Source: Candidatus Babeliales bacterium (GTDB taxonomy: Bacteria > Babelota > Babeliae > Babelales > JANWKD01). From it: a DNA stretch of 64,000 nucleotides. Made by a program: the position numbers and the translations under genes. Below the pieces are notes generated by a model. It searched no databases and was not told where the DNA came from. It saw nothing but the letters and a program-made list of their open reading frames with translations. This document shows, piece by piece, positions 19,769-30,458 of the stretch; within the stretch, counting starts at the first letter, position 1, and each line of letters begins with the position of its first letter. Location of the stretch: contig CAVRJO010000001.1 in assembly GCA_963722255.1 (NCBI GenBank), positions 736,001 through 800,000 on the forward strand. Direction: 5' to 3'.

Positions 19769-22733
19769 GGTTTGTATAAGTTCTTATTTTAATTTTAATA
19801 TTTTTTTCAACTAACCATGATGCCATAAAAAAATATTTTTGAAATATCAACACTAAAATTCAAAAAATCCCTGTAATGCGCTAAAAAAAGTGATGATTCC
19901 CGTTTATTAATAAAAAAAATCTCACTCAAGTAATTTTTCATCGTCATACTGTTCTCTTAAAAACTATGAAAGAATTTAGGAAAAAAGACTTTCTAGTGCA
20001 GAGGTATGATTAAGCATTTTTTTACATAAACATTCATTTACTCTCTAAGAAGGTTATTTCATGAATAAAAGCATTCATATATTTTTTTTGGCATTCATTG
20101 TTACAATACACGGCTCAATAACATTAAGCATGGAAAGATGGAATGGCGAAACATATAATGGAAAGCCGCTCATCACGGTTAACTGGGGAGAAAAAAAAGA
20201 TCAATCCAATAAACCGCATCATGACTCTCATGATCATGCTATGAAACAAGCGCATGATAGCGCTATAAAAGAACACTTACATAAAGGAATAGGACCAAAA
20301 TCTTCATCTTCAAAAGAATACGATTATTCTACTGATGATAACGATGATGGTAACGATTACGACGACGATGATGATTATGACGATTATTATGAAGAACATT
20401 TAGCATATGAGGCAAGAAGACAAAGGGAAATTGAAGCAACGGAAAAATATTATGAAGAAAATAATATACCATACCTAGAAAATTCAGATGGAACAAAGAC
20501 TTATTTTCCCCCACTCCTCAACACCTATGGTAATGATGGTTCTATGCATACTACAGTTCAATCTAATGAATCACAAAAACCCGTCCAACAAAAAATTGAA
20601 AGCACTGCTTTTTCACCATCTCTTACCAATATTTATAGTACCCATTTACAAGGTAATCAAACTGCAACAACCAATACCTCTTCATCAGATTCAATAGATA
20701 ATTCATCATCGCAACAAATAGAGATTGATGAAAGCGAATTTGAAAGCTACAGTTCGCCTGCGGCAACAAACATACCAAAATCAATTTCAAACAGTCCAAA
20801 AGTATCTAACCCTACAAGACAAATAAACAGAAAATCATTGCCCGCACGATCAAGAAAAAATAATGATACTCCAGAATCATCTTTTGGACTTGATAATAAT
20901 CCTTGGCCAGATCATCTTCTTGAGGAGCAAAGAGCTCAAAGAAAAGCCGCTCGAGATGAAAAAAAACGCTCACGTAGAATGATAGACTTACTTGTAAACG
21001 ATCAATCAATTCCTTCTCATGTAAGGGATGCGTTACATGATATTGTTAAGGCAGATGGTTATTGGGGATGGATTACACCTGACGAAATGCAAAGACGAAT
21101 TCAGCCTATTCGCCAAGATTATAAAAATATTTTGCATCATTTGCGAATACAAGAAAACCTAACTGCTGAACAAATAGAGCAACGAAGAGCATTAGAAGAT
21201 GAACTATTTACCCAAGAAGAGCGAACATTAGTCTATGAAGGTGCATTGAAACAGATTGATAGAAAACGGCAACGTGATATTGATGAAAATATAAATATTT
21301 TGCATATTTTTACTAGTAAATTGCAACAATTAAACAATAAATATGATGCCAGAAAATCAGAATATAAAAGAAATGCATTAGATGCTCTTAGTGAAGGTTA
21401 CAAAAAAGAATATCAAGATAAACAAAGGCAAAAAGAAGAGGAACTCAAAAAATTTCAAGACGAGGCTCTTCAACGACAAAATCAATTGGAGCATCAAAGG
21501 CATGTTCAAAAAATAAACAAAGCTCGCAAAGAAATTGACAGAATATTTAGAGAACAAAAACCAAAACCTTTAGAGGAGCATCCTTCAAATTCATCTGATG
21601 CATTTTTAACCTTTGCAGACATAGAGATCATTATTGAACCTGAACAACGTGATCCTACAATAAATTTAGATGGAATTGATCTTTCTTCAGTTGATTTTGT
21701 TGTCACAACACAAAGCAACGAATTCCTAAAACAGATCGGCATTGATCCTAATGAGTTTAATAATTTTAAAGGAAATGCTAAGCAAAATAAACTTCATAAA
21801 AAACTTTCTAAAGCTATCAAAAATGCTTCTGATCTTGGTATCGAAGTTGCTCCTCATGTTCGCGAAATGCAGCAAGAACTTTTCAAAGCAGCCTATGATT
21901 TAAACACACAAAGTTATACAGAAATTGCACAGGATTTATTAGAATTATGCAACCCATGTACATTAGGATTAGCACTTGGCAAAGAAGTTGCTGATACAGT
22001 TTTATATCCTCTAGAATATATCAAAAGGCGCCTCAATGAAATGCCGGGCATTGCAAAATCACATTTGCCACTCATTGAAAGATATGAAAGGATGCAGGCT
22101 GCAGCAAAAGACATTGCCCAAACAACACAAGAATTAAATGCACAAAATTCCTTTGCATCACAAGCGAAAAATATTGAAAAAAATAATAAACAATTATCAA
22201 TACAAGAACGCCAGCAAATGCTTGCTCAAAACACCATTGATTTCTTTGTAGATTTTTTATTGATAGCGGGAGCAGGCAAAACTTTTGAAGTATCCGGACT
22301 CAATAAAGCGCACAACAATTATAGAATGCGGAATTATTATAGAAAAAAATATCCTTATTATGATATAACCATTGAAGCATTTGACAATCCTAGACCTTCT
22401 CCTGTAAGCCCTACTACTCTTATTGAAGGTGCTGCTGATGGCCAATTACCTGCTGTTGTAGAAAATGCTGTTAATCAAGTGATTAAAGCAATCGAACAAA
22501 AATCAATGCCAATAAGAAGCTCTGAGCCTATTGTTGTTCATCCTGAAGCTCCCACACATACACTGCCAGAAGCTGCTGTTACTGAAAAAGGTTTAGCAGA
22601 AGTATTAGCGGATGTTGGAGAGAAAGAAGCAAGCAATAATATTATTCATTACATGGAGCCTGAAAGTAGAACATTAAAAGTAGTCGATAATGAAGTTTTG
22701 CGTAATACTCGTTCAGGAAGTGCATTAAAACCT

Positions 22734-24183
22734 TGTCAACGCAACGTGAAAAGTTCCGGTATTTAGCAAAGTAAAAAGTTCCTAACATTAAAGCGCCTCC
22801 ACGGCCGGCGCGACCGGCTTCAACCTACTCTCACTAGGGGGCAACCCGCCTGCCCAACGTTGGCTATTTTTTGAAGGCTTTCTTGGTATACAGTCAGATA
22901 TTTTTTTCTCCTGAATTTGGGGGGTTGGTCGTTGGTAGATTTCGCTAAAAGAAAGTTCTGTTTTTCGAATCCACAGTTTTATGGTTCCATTTAAATGTAC
23001 TTTAACAACAATGGTATTTTTTGGAAAAATGATTGTTTTTTGCTGATCGCTTAATTGAAAAATCTGTTTTTGGTAGGTAATAGTAAAATCATTCGTAAGA
23101 ATACGAGTCTCTTGTGTGCTAAATATATCGTTTAAATCAAATGATTGAGCACTAGCATGGGCATCGCCTTCTTGGGCAGCAGGAACTTGAAATGCAGCAT
23201 TATGCTTTGCAATATAATTGCTTGTTCGCAGATAATTATTTGCTTGATCTATTGATGATATCCCAGCAAGTCTCATTTCCTTAATAAGGCGATCTTGAAG
23301 GGTTTGATTGCAACGTTCAACGCGGCCCTTTGCCTGAGGACTATTGGCATGTATAACATCAATTCCCAAATCTTTACAAGCGCGCTCCCATTGGGTCTTT
23401 TTAATATTTTCTTGATTACTCAAATTAACATGGAAAACAGAACCGTGGTCAGTATAAAAAGTTTGAGGAATCCCATATTTTTCAACGTAATTTTTAGTTG
23501 CGGTCATTAAAGCATGCATCGATTCAGAAGGGGCAAACTCAAGCCAAAGGATTTGGCCAGTAGCATCGTCAATAAAAACAAGTAAGGTACATACCCCAGC
23601 ACGCCCTTCAAACCAGTCATGTGGAGAGCCATCAAGCTGAATCATTATGCCAAACATACGCCTTCTTTCTCGTCGCTTGCGATGCTTGCTGCGCTGTTTT
23701 TTAGGTTGCCATATTCCTGCCTTAATCATGACCTTTCTAACAGCTTCTCGACTTATCTTTATTCCATGCAACTCTTTAAGTTTTTCAGCCGCAAAGGTTG
23801 GCCCAAAGCCTTGCCAATCGCTTTCTAACAATGAGATTAACAATCGTTCTTCTCCTTGATCCCATCTATTTGGGCTTTCTTTTCCCCTATTGCCATGTAC
23901 AAGGCCAAAGTCGTCAGATTCACAATATCTTCCATATTTTTCTCTGACCCACCGCTCTGTAAATCTCAGACGGGCTGCAGCCTCTGCCTGTGTCATTTTT
24001 CCTTCTTTAACCTGAACAAACACTTTTGCCTGTTCTCGTTCTTTGCGATTCATGGTAATATATTCCATATAAGTTCCGTTGCATTTTTAGAGTTTTTCTT
24101 TTTGTTTACAAGATTAAGTTTACCCTAAAAACCGGAACTTTTTACTTTGCGCTATAATAGGAACTTATCACTTTGCGCTAACA
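22734..24183 (-). mobile_element. IS1202-type (ISNCY) insertion sequence, 1450 bp, 17-bp target duplication
   Basis: TGT...ACA ends; two GCAAAGTnAnAAGTTCC-like subterminal repeats at each end; GAAGTGCATTAAAACCT at 22717-22733 and 24184-24200. Confidence 0.9.
22788..24068 (-). CDS. ISNCY/IS1202-family DDE transposase
   Basis: QLDGSPHDWFEGR, FIDDATG, YTDHGSVF, SPQAKGRVERCNQTLQDRL. Confidence 0.93.
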   Translation of the reverse strand: MEYITMNRKEREQAKVFVQVKEGKMTQAEAAARLRFTERWVREKYGRYCESDDFGLVHGNRGKESPNRWDQGEERLLISLLESDWQGFGPTFAAEKLKELHGIKISREAVRKVMIKAGIWQPKKQRSKHRKRRERRRMFGIMIQLDGSPHDWFEGRAGVCTLLVFIDDATGQILWLEFAPSESMHALMTATKNYVEKYGIPQTFYTDHGSVFHVNLSNQENIKKTQWERACKDLGIDVIHANSPQAKGRVERCNQTLQDRLIKEMRLAGISSIDQANNYLRTSNYIAKHNAAFQVPAAQEGDAHASAQSFDLNDIFSTQETRILTNDFTITYQKQIFQLSDQQKTIIFPKNTIVVKVHLNGTIKLWIRKTELSFSEIYQRPTPQIQEKKISDCIPRKPSKNSQRWAGGLPPSESRLKPVAPAVEAL

Positions 24184-24438
24184 GAAGTGCATTAAAACCT
24201 GATGCACATCATGCTTTTTCTGATATAATAGATCACTATGTTGAACACGCTGAAAAATTTAATTTATTCGATACTGAAAGAATAAAAAAAACTTTATATC
24301 AAATAGAAGGATCATTGAATGGCGTTGATGGGGTTTTTGAATGGATAGTTCATCCAGATCCATCAAAGGGTGTGACACATCGATTGTTTATTAAAAACGG
24401 AAAAATAACAGGAAAACCAAATATTTGGCCAACGAAAA

Positions 24439-24972
24439 ATGATTAAATTAACTTTTTTTGAAAAATATAATATTCCCATCTCATGGGGCACTATTATTGT
24501 GGGTAGAAAATTAAAACTTGTAAACAATGCATTCATTGAAGATTTTGCAACGAAATGCTTAATTCAAAACGATAAACTTAATAATCCTAACATTATTGAA
24601 TTAGCATATGGTATCAAGGATGATTATCTAATTAATCAGTTATTAGAAAAAATTGTTCATGATCTAAAAATATCTTTAGAAGAAAATGATGAAATTTGGA
24701 ATATAGAAAAAAGAAAATGGCGATTCATGGTATCACATGAAATACTTAATAAAAATTATTCCAATAAAAAAATTTTAGAAGCGATCGAAAGTGTTTATTG
24801 GGATTTCGATCATCCTAAAGAAATGAATGAATTTTTAATTTTTATGTCTCATGATCCTATTGAGGGATATGATTTTCAAAAGCATTCTGCCGAAGAAAAT
24901 TTTGCCTTCATGGTACAACGTTTTAAAAAGTTTCTTCTACAAGAGCAACAAGTATTATCTACACATAATTAA
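24439..24972 (+). CDS. Putative immunity protein (DUF2247-like)
   Basis: Overlaps the toxin stop; ISWGTI, IIELA, KRKWRF and IESVYWDFDHPKEMNEFL resemble DUF2247. Confidence 0.7.
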   Translation: MIKLTFFEKYNIPISWGTIIVGRKLKLVNNAFIEDFATKCLIQNDKLNNPNIIELAYGIKDDYLINQLLEKIVHDLKISLEENDEIWNIEKRKWRFMVSHEILNKNYSNKKILEAIESVYWDFDHPKEMNEFLIFMSHDPIEGYDFQKHSAEENFAFMVQRFKKFLLQEQQVLSTHN

Positions 24973-25027
24973 AATATAAAGAAACCATCTACAATGAGCA
25001 AATTAAAAAAGTGGTTACCACAATAAA

Positions 25028-25646
25028 TTTCACCCGCAGCAAGCAGCGGGGTATTGAATTTTTTTAAGGATTTCTATCTACATGAAGAACATCTGACCCA
25101 GATCTCTTGGCGTACGAGTAGGGTCTTTTTTGTGCAACATCATGTAATCCCTTCCCTGGTTTTTTACGTATTCTGCCACTCGTTTTTCGCTTCCATGCTT
25201 ACTTACCGTGTTTACGAAATATCCATCAGACCAAAATTCTCCACCCCATAGCTGCCTCTTTACTTCGGGAACTCGTTTGAAAATTTCCCGCGCCGTTATA
25301 CTTTTTATTTTTCTAATGATATTCGTAGGACTATACGTCGGTACGGACTGCACAAGAAAATGAACGTGATCCCCATCTGTTCCTATTTCTAGAAACTCTA
25401 TCTGATAACGTTTTTCTATCTCAAGACACACCAACCTCAATACTTTGTCTACTTCCTCTGTAAAAACCGCTCGCCTATATTTTGCTGGACAAACTATATG
25501 ATACATCAGAACCGATACATTGTGACTTTTGTGTATAAACCTACTTAATTTACTCATTCTCCCAATTTATCAGGACTTTTTATTTATTCCATTTTTTTAT
25601 CTGACTACGCGGCAAGCCGCGGGGAATTGCACCCGTAGAGATTAAA
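25028..25646 (-). mobile_element. IS200-type element (tnpA only)
   Basis: Subterminal hairpins CCCGCAGCAAGCAGCGGG and CGCGGCAAGCCGCG; TAAA at both junctions. Confidence 0.85.
25078..25557 (-). CDS. tnpA: IS200/IS605 Y1 (HUH) transposase
   Basis: YHIVCPAKYRR, DHVHFLV, LWGGEFWSDGYF, YVKNQ. Confidence 0.95.
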   Translation of the reverse strand: MSKLSRFIHKSHNVSVLMYHIVCPAKYRRAVFTEEVDKVLRLVCLEIEKRYQIEFLEIGTDGDHVHFLVQSVPTYSPTNIIRKIKSITAREIFKRVPEVKRQLWGGEFWSDGYFVNTVSKHGSEKRVAEYVKNQGRDYMMLHKKDPTRTPRDLGQMFFM

Positions 25647-25701
25647 GATAGAGCAGATAGTAGAAGATATTCTTCTTAATGATCCAAATATCACTACCTT
25701 T

Positions 25702-27384
25702 TTGCGAGAACAACGTATTATTCTGTATGATGAAATTATTTTTAATAATATCAACAATAAAACAGAACTCAACTCGAGACTCATTACATTTCTTGATGGT
25801 CTAAACGCTGATGTCTTTATTCCAATCTATCGTAATAATACACTTATATCTTTTATAATTATTGAGCGTAATGCTCGTCAAAACCTTTTATTTAGTGACA
25901 TTGAATGCGATGAGATGATTCTTTATGCTGCTAGCTTAGAAAATGTGATTAATATTTTTCAAAATCACAGCCTTGCAACTGTCGCTGAACGTGAAAAAAA
26001 ATTACAAGAAGAGCTTTTCTTAAAACATCAAGAAATCAATCAATTTAAAGAAGCCTTAGAAACGTTTCATCAATCAGAAAAACAGCACAAAATTGGAATT
26101 TTTTCCTATACCTCATATAATCAATTTGTCTACATAAATCAAGACATAAAAGACATTATAACCATCGACCTTAATGCCTATAAAGGACATCGATTAACCA
26201 AAGAATTTCAAGAAATTGCAAGCGAAGTTCTTCGCTATAAAACAACTAAAACAAAACAGACCTGGGATGAACGAGGAGCAAAAATTATTGTCCGAGCTGT
26301 TCCCTTTCTTGAAAAAAACAATGTCTTGCTAATAGTCTATTATCCACATGTATTTGATTTTATTAAACAAGTGCAAGCATGCTTAGGCAAACCAACAGAG
26401 CTTGATTATTTACTTTATTTAGAAACAACACAAGCGGGACAGCTTATACATAAACTCATGCCAAGTGCCAGTCCAAGTTTAATAAACTTTAAAATACAGC
26501 TGCTTAAACTTGCTTTAAGTAAACGCGCATTGCTCATTGATGTTCCTGATGATGATCTTGAGACGATGGTGCATATTTTACATAAAATCAGCATGCGAGA
26601 TTCCTTAAAATCTTTAAAACTCACCTCAGAGTCCGATATGTATATGGTTGCTAAAAGTTTATTTGGTGTTAACACATTGTATGAATCAACCAATGAAATT
26701 AATCGAGAAAAACCTTTACTTGAAACATTGCATAATAATGGAACACTTTTTATACAAAATATTCATATAGCGAGTTTAGAAATCCAAGAAATGTTAGCTG
26801 AGTATATAAAATATGGTTATTACCGTATCTATAAAAGTGATCAACGGGTCGCAAGCTCTGTACGAATTCTTTGTTCAAGCCACCAAAATTTAGCACAACT
26901 TGTTCAAGAAAATAAGTTTTCAAAAGCATTATTTCACGAATTAAATCAAGCCCATTTAACTATGCCTTCTCTTGCTGAATTAACTTCTGAAGAATATCGC
27001 ACTCTTATTGAATCATTTTCTGAACAGACCTTAGCAACATCCTGCATTAAAGACCTTCTTAAGTTTACCGATTCTGAAATTAATAATCTCAATGCCGATA
27101 AACCGCTGAGCTTAAAGGAGTTGCGATCTAAAATAGAACTTATGCTCAAGAAAAAATCTGAACATAAAGATTTACCACTAAAAAATATGCACTTTGATAC
27201 AACGCTTACCTTTGAAGAGCCTGAATTTATGCATGCGGCACAACTTGGCAAAAAAGCACTCAAGGATCCCAAATTATTGGGAATGCTCCTAAAAAGATTC
27301 AAATCTCAAACAAAAGTTGCAGAGTTTTTGGGCGTTGATCGATCGGCTGTTTATAAACGGCTCAAACGTTTTGACCTTTTATAA
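25702..27384 (+). CDS. Degenerate sigma54-interaction-domain regulator with Fis-type HTH; 5' end disrupted by IS200
   Basis: NGTLFIQNI, VRILCSSHQNL...FSKALF, QTKVAEFLGVDRSAVYKRLK; no Walker A or GAFTGA. Confidence 0.75.
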   Translation: MREQRIILYDEIIFNNINNKTELNSRLITFLDGLNADVFIPIYRNNTLISFIIIERNARQNLLFSDIECDEMILYAASLENVINIFQNHSLATVAEREKKLQEELFLKHQEINQFKEALETFHQSEKQHKIGIFSYTSYNQFVYINQDIKDIITIDLNAYKGHRLTKEFQEIASEVLRYKTTKTKQTWDERGAKIIVRAVPFLEKNNVLLIVYYPHVFDFIKQVQACLGKPTELDYLLYLETTQAGQLIHKLMPSASPSLINFKIQLLKLALSKRALLIDVPDDDLETMVHILHKISMRDSLKSLKLTSESDMYMVAKSLFGVNTLYESTNEINREKPLLETLHNNGTLFIQNIHIASLEIQEMLAEYIKYGYYRIYKSDQRVASSVRILCSSHQNLAQLVQENKFSKALFHELNQAHLTMPSLAELTSEEYRTLIESFSEQTLATSCIKDLLKFTDSEINNLNADKPLSLKELRSKIELMLKKKSEHKDLPLKNMHFDTTLTFEEPEFMHAAQLGKKALKDPKLLGMLLKRFKSQTKVAEFLGVDRSAVYKRLKRFDLL

Positions 27385-27398
27385 AAGCATAATACCAA

Positions 27399-28199
27399 CT
27401 ATTCAAAATAAGTTGCAAAGAGATCTGCATGTTTTTTTACAAACTCTATGCGCTTTTCTATGATATCCCAATCTAATGCTTGCCAAAAAACATCTAAATA
27501 AGGGACTCTTTTGATACCAAAATCGATCATATACGCATGCTCATACACATCCAATACAACTAGGGGAATTACTAACATAGGGACCATTTGATTATGTGTA
27601 TCAAGAACAAAATTATACACTCTGCCATCATCAAGAGCATACCCGGTAATTGCCCAACCTCGTGCCGATTGTGCTGCTGCAAAAAGGTCAGCTTTATATG
27701 CTTCAAGCGAACCAAAGTTTTCTTTTATAAGTTGCGCAGTATTTTCACCAATAGTTGTTGATTTGGGAGTCAAATTCTGAAAATAAAGTCTATGCAAAAT
27801 ATCGCCATTCATTGCAAATGTTTCTGCTAATTTTAACCCACGATAGGGAGAATTAGTTACATTGTTTGCTTTTGATCGATCTGCACTTGCTAACTGCTGA
27901 GCAATTTCATTCCGTTTTGTCACATAGCCTCGATAGAGTTGCTCATGTTCTTCAATCTGCTTAGTGCTTAGTCCCTTAAGTTTGCCGCTCAGATCAAATG
28001 AAAGGGGTTTATGCTCAAAAAATGGCAATGCATCTGAGCTATTTGGAACACTGTCTTGCGAAACTACTTTATGCGTATTAGCTTCGATTTTTACCACAGA
28101 TACCGGTTCTCTTTTTTGTATAAAGAAATGCTGATAAATTCTAAAAAACCCATAGATAGCTATAAGTATAAAAAGCGCACTATATATATTTTTGTTCAT
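27399..28199 (-). CDS. Fe/Mn superoxide dismutase with N-terminal membrane anchor
   Basis: EHEQLYRGYV, ILHRLYF, FGS, GWA, LDVYEHAYMIDFG. Confidence 0.9.
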   Translation of the reverse strand: MNKNIYSALFILIAIYGFFRIYQHFFIQKREPVSVVKIEANTHKVVSQDSVPNSSDALPFFEHKPLSFDLSGKLKGLSTKQIEEHEQLYRGYVTKRNEIAQQLASADRSKANNVTNSPYRGLKLAETFAMNGDILHRLYFQNLTPKSTTIGENTAQLIKENFGSLEAYKADLFAAAQSARGWAITGYALDDGRVYNFVLDTHNQMVPMLVIPLVVLDVYEHAYMIDFGIKRVPYLDVFWQALDWDIIEKRIEFVKKHADLFATYFE

Positions 28200-28471
28200 T
28201 GAAAAGTTCCTTTTTTTATGAATAGTATTAACCAAAAATGAGTAGATCAATTCTTAAGAGAGCACCAATTAAAAAAGAAAGTGCAATAATTATACCGGTA
28301 ATAACAACCAGTTTTTTATTCATCATTGATTAATCCTTTAGGCATGAAAACTTACTAAACCGTACCATACATCATAACTCTTGAGCTAGAGTTTGTAATC
28401 TCGAATTTTTGTAAATAGTTATTTCTCTGCTATAATTGTTGCAGATATTAAATTATTTATTGAAAACACAG

Positions 28472-29038
28472 ATGAGCCTTGTGAAGAAATATATCATTGC
28501 CCTATTATTTATAACTATTTATATACCTGCATGTTTTTCAATGGAATCATTGAAAGCATCATTAAAAATTGCTGCCTTGCCTGTCCTTGCTTCAATGACA
28601 CCACACATAGTCGGAACATTTTTGCAAAATTCAGCTACACAATCAACAGCTTCTCTATCTTCAATTTTATTTCACTCACTCAAAATGAACATAATCCCAG
28701 CTTTTGTGTCGGGGCTTCTCGTTGCAGGAGCATCTCGCATTGGAACTTGGCCACAACTCAACTTTACTGATATATCTAACCCTTTAAAAAAAATGTTAGG
28801 CACTACAATATTCATTTCTGCATTAATTGGAATTGCTCAATATAATCAAGAATACAATGAAAAAGAGTTTCAAAAAGCACTGAGCATAGAACATAAACTA
28901 TATCATTTATCTGAAAAGCAAAAATGCGCACTCTTAGGAACTTTAGCATCACTTTGTTTACAATCACAAATTATTGTCCCCTTAGGTAGCGCGGCACTAT
29001 CGCTTTATATACTTGGCACACGATATTCTATGTGCTAA
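28472..29038 (+). CDS. Secreted/membrane hypothetical protein
   Basis: Signal peptide CFS|ME and several hydrophobic segments. Confidence 0.7.
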   Translation: MSLVKKYIIALLFITIYIPACFSMESLKASLKIAALPVLASMTPHIVGTFLQNSATQSTASLSSILFHSLKMNIIPAFVSGLLVAGASRIGTWPQLNFTDISNPLKKMLGTTIFISALIGIAQYNQEYNEKEFQKALSIEHKLYHLSEKQKCALLGTLASLCLQSQIIVPLGSAALSLYILGTRYSMC

Positions 29039-29166
29039 ATCTTTTGTCCACATAGCAAGAATGCTTACGATTTTCAGAATTCTTATAAATTTATATGTTC
29101 AATGATTGTAAAAAAACCAACTTCCTTGTAAAATTTAAATTAAATTCAAGATTTTCAAGGAGTTTT

Positions 29167-30339
29167 ATGAAAAGATCTCGTTATTTGGATGAAATTACTA
29201 CTCAATTTCGCGTACATTCAGTGTGCGCTATTCTGGGGCCTCGTCAGGTTGGTAAAACAACACTCGCAAAGATGTTTGTTGCAGAATTTTTTCCCGAAGA
29301 AGCTTATTTCTTTGATCTTGAAAATCCTTTGGATTTAGCTCGATTAGAAAATCCGATGCTAACCTTTGAAAATATAACAAAAAAAATTATTGTTATTGAT
29401 GAAATTCAAAGGCGACCTGAACTTTTTCCTATTTTACGAGTTCTTGTTGATAGAGAAGATAAAAAATATAAATTCTTAATTCTAGGAAGCGCCTCAAGAG
29501 AACTCATTCAACAATCATCTGAAACATTAGCCGGACGAATTGGCTATATTGAACTCCCTCCATTTTCATTATTTGAAACAAAAAACAGCAAACAATTGTG
29601 GTCACGAGGAGGATTTCCTCGATCATACTTAGCTGAGACTGAAACTGATAGTTATATCTGGCGACAAAGTTACATAACAACATTTTTGGAACGCGATATT
29701 CCAACATTCGGTTTTAATGTTCCAGCATTACAAATGAGACGTTTTTGGTTAATGCTTGCTCACTATCATGGCCAAATTTTTAATGCAAATGAACTTGCGC
29801 GATCACTTGCCATTTCAGATCATATAGTCCGCAAATATCTTGATATATTAGCCGGTACTTTTATGGTACGCATAGTTCCTGCTTGGTTTGAAAATTTACA
29901 AAAAAGACAGGTAAAATCTCCAAAAATCTATTTTCGAGACAGCGGCATTTTAAATGCTCTCTTGGGCATCACCGATGAAATGCAGTTACAAGCATATCCA
30001 AAATTAGGTGCATTCTGGGAAGGGTTCGCATTAGAAGAGATAATCAGAATTTTTGAAGCTGCTCCCGGAGAAGCATATTTCTGGTCAACGCAAAGTGATG
30101 CAGAGCTTGATTTATTGATACTTAAAAATGGCAAGCGTTTGGGCTTTGAATTTAAATATATGGATGCACCTAAAATAACCAAATCTATGCGGATTGCGCT
30201 TGAAGATCTTTCTCTTGATCATCTTATTGTTATGTATCCCGGAACTGAGATTTTTCCTATGGATAAAAAGATAACAGCCTTTGGATTAGAAACCATTGCA
30301 AACAATAGTTTTCTTAAAAATATAGATACTTTATCCTAA
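29167..30339 (+). CDS. AAA+ ATPase (AAA_14) with DUF4143 domain
   Basis: GPRQVGKTT, IDEIQ, LGSAS, LAGR, KSPKIYFRDSG, ELDL...EFK; AAGGAG RBS before 29167. Confidence 0.9.
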   Translation: MKRSRYLDEITTQFRVHSVCAILGPRQVGKTTLAKMFVAEFFPEEAYFFDLENPLDLARLENPMLTFENITKKIIVIDEIQRRPELFPILRVLVDREDKKYKFLILGSASRELIQQSSETLAGRIGYIELPPFSLFETKNSKQLWSRGGFPRSYLAETETDSYIWRQSYITTFLERDIPTFGFNVPALQMRRFWLMLAHYHGQIFNANELARSLAISDHIVRKYLDILAGTFMVRIVPAWFENLQKRQVKSPKIYFRDSGILNALLGITDEMQLQAYPKLGAFWEGFALEEIIRIFEAAPGEAYFWSTQSDAELDLLILKNGKRLGFEFKYMDAPKITKSMRIALEDLSLDHLIVMYPGTEIFPMDKKITAFGLETIANNSFLKNIDTLS

Positions 30340-30349
30340 TTTTGTAAAA

Positions 30350-30414
30350 TCTACCATTTGGTGGTAGAATATTTACCACCAAATGGTAGAAATTCTACCA
30401 CAAAATGGTATAAT
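30350..30414 (+). promoter_or_regulatory. Three phased TACCA-N5-TGGTA palindromes overlapping a TATAAT -10 box
   Basis: Units at 30352, 30374 and 30396 (22-bp period); TATAAT at 30409-30414. Confidence 0.7.
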
Positions 30415-30458
30415 CTTAAATAAAAGATATAAATTTAATTAAATTAGAGGGAAAAAGT

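Larger units (their letters stand above)
20061..24446 (+). pseudogene. Secreted polymorphic toxin (972 aa when reconstructed), interrupted by an IS
   Basis: Removing the IS and one TSD copy joins ...RSGSALKP to DAHHAFSDIIDHY...LYQIEGSLNGVDGVFEWIV...THRLFIKNGKITG in frame; immunity-like gene overlaps the stop. Confidence 0.8.

Noticed and set aside
20320..20395. GAT/GAC periodic repeats as an array
   Set aside because: They encode an Asp/Tyr-rich tract in the toxin
25028..25646. TnpB/IscB RNA-guided system
   Set aside because: The element is ~620 bp and encodes only TnpA
30350..30414. Mini-CRISPR array
   Set aside because: Units are 15 bp with 7-bp gaps; there are no spacer-length sequences and no cas genes
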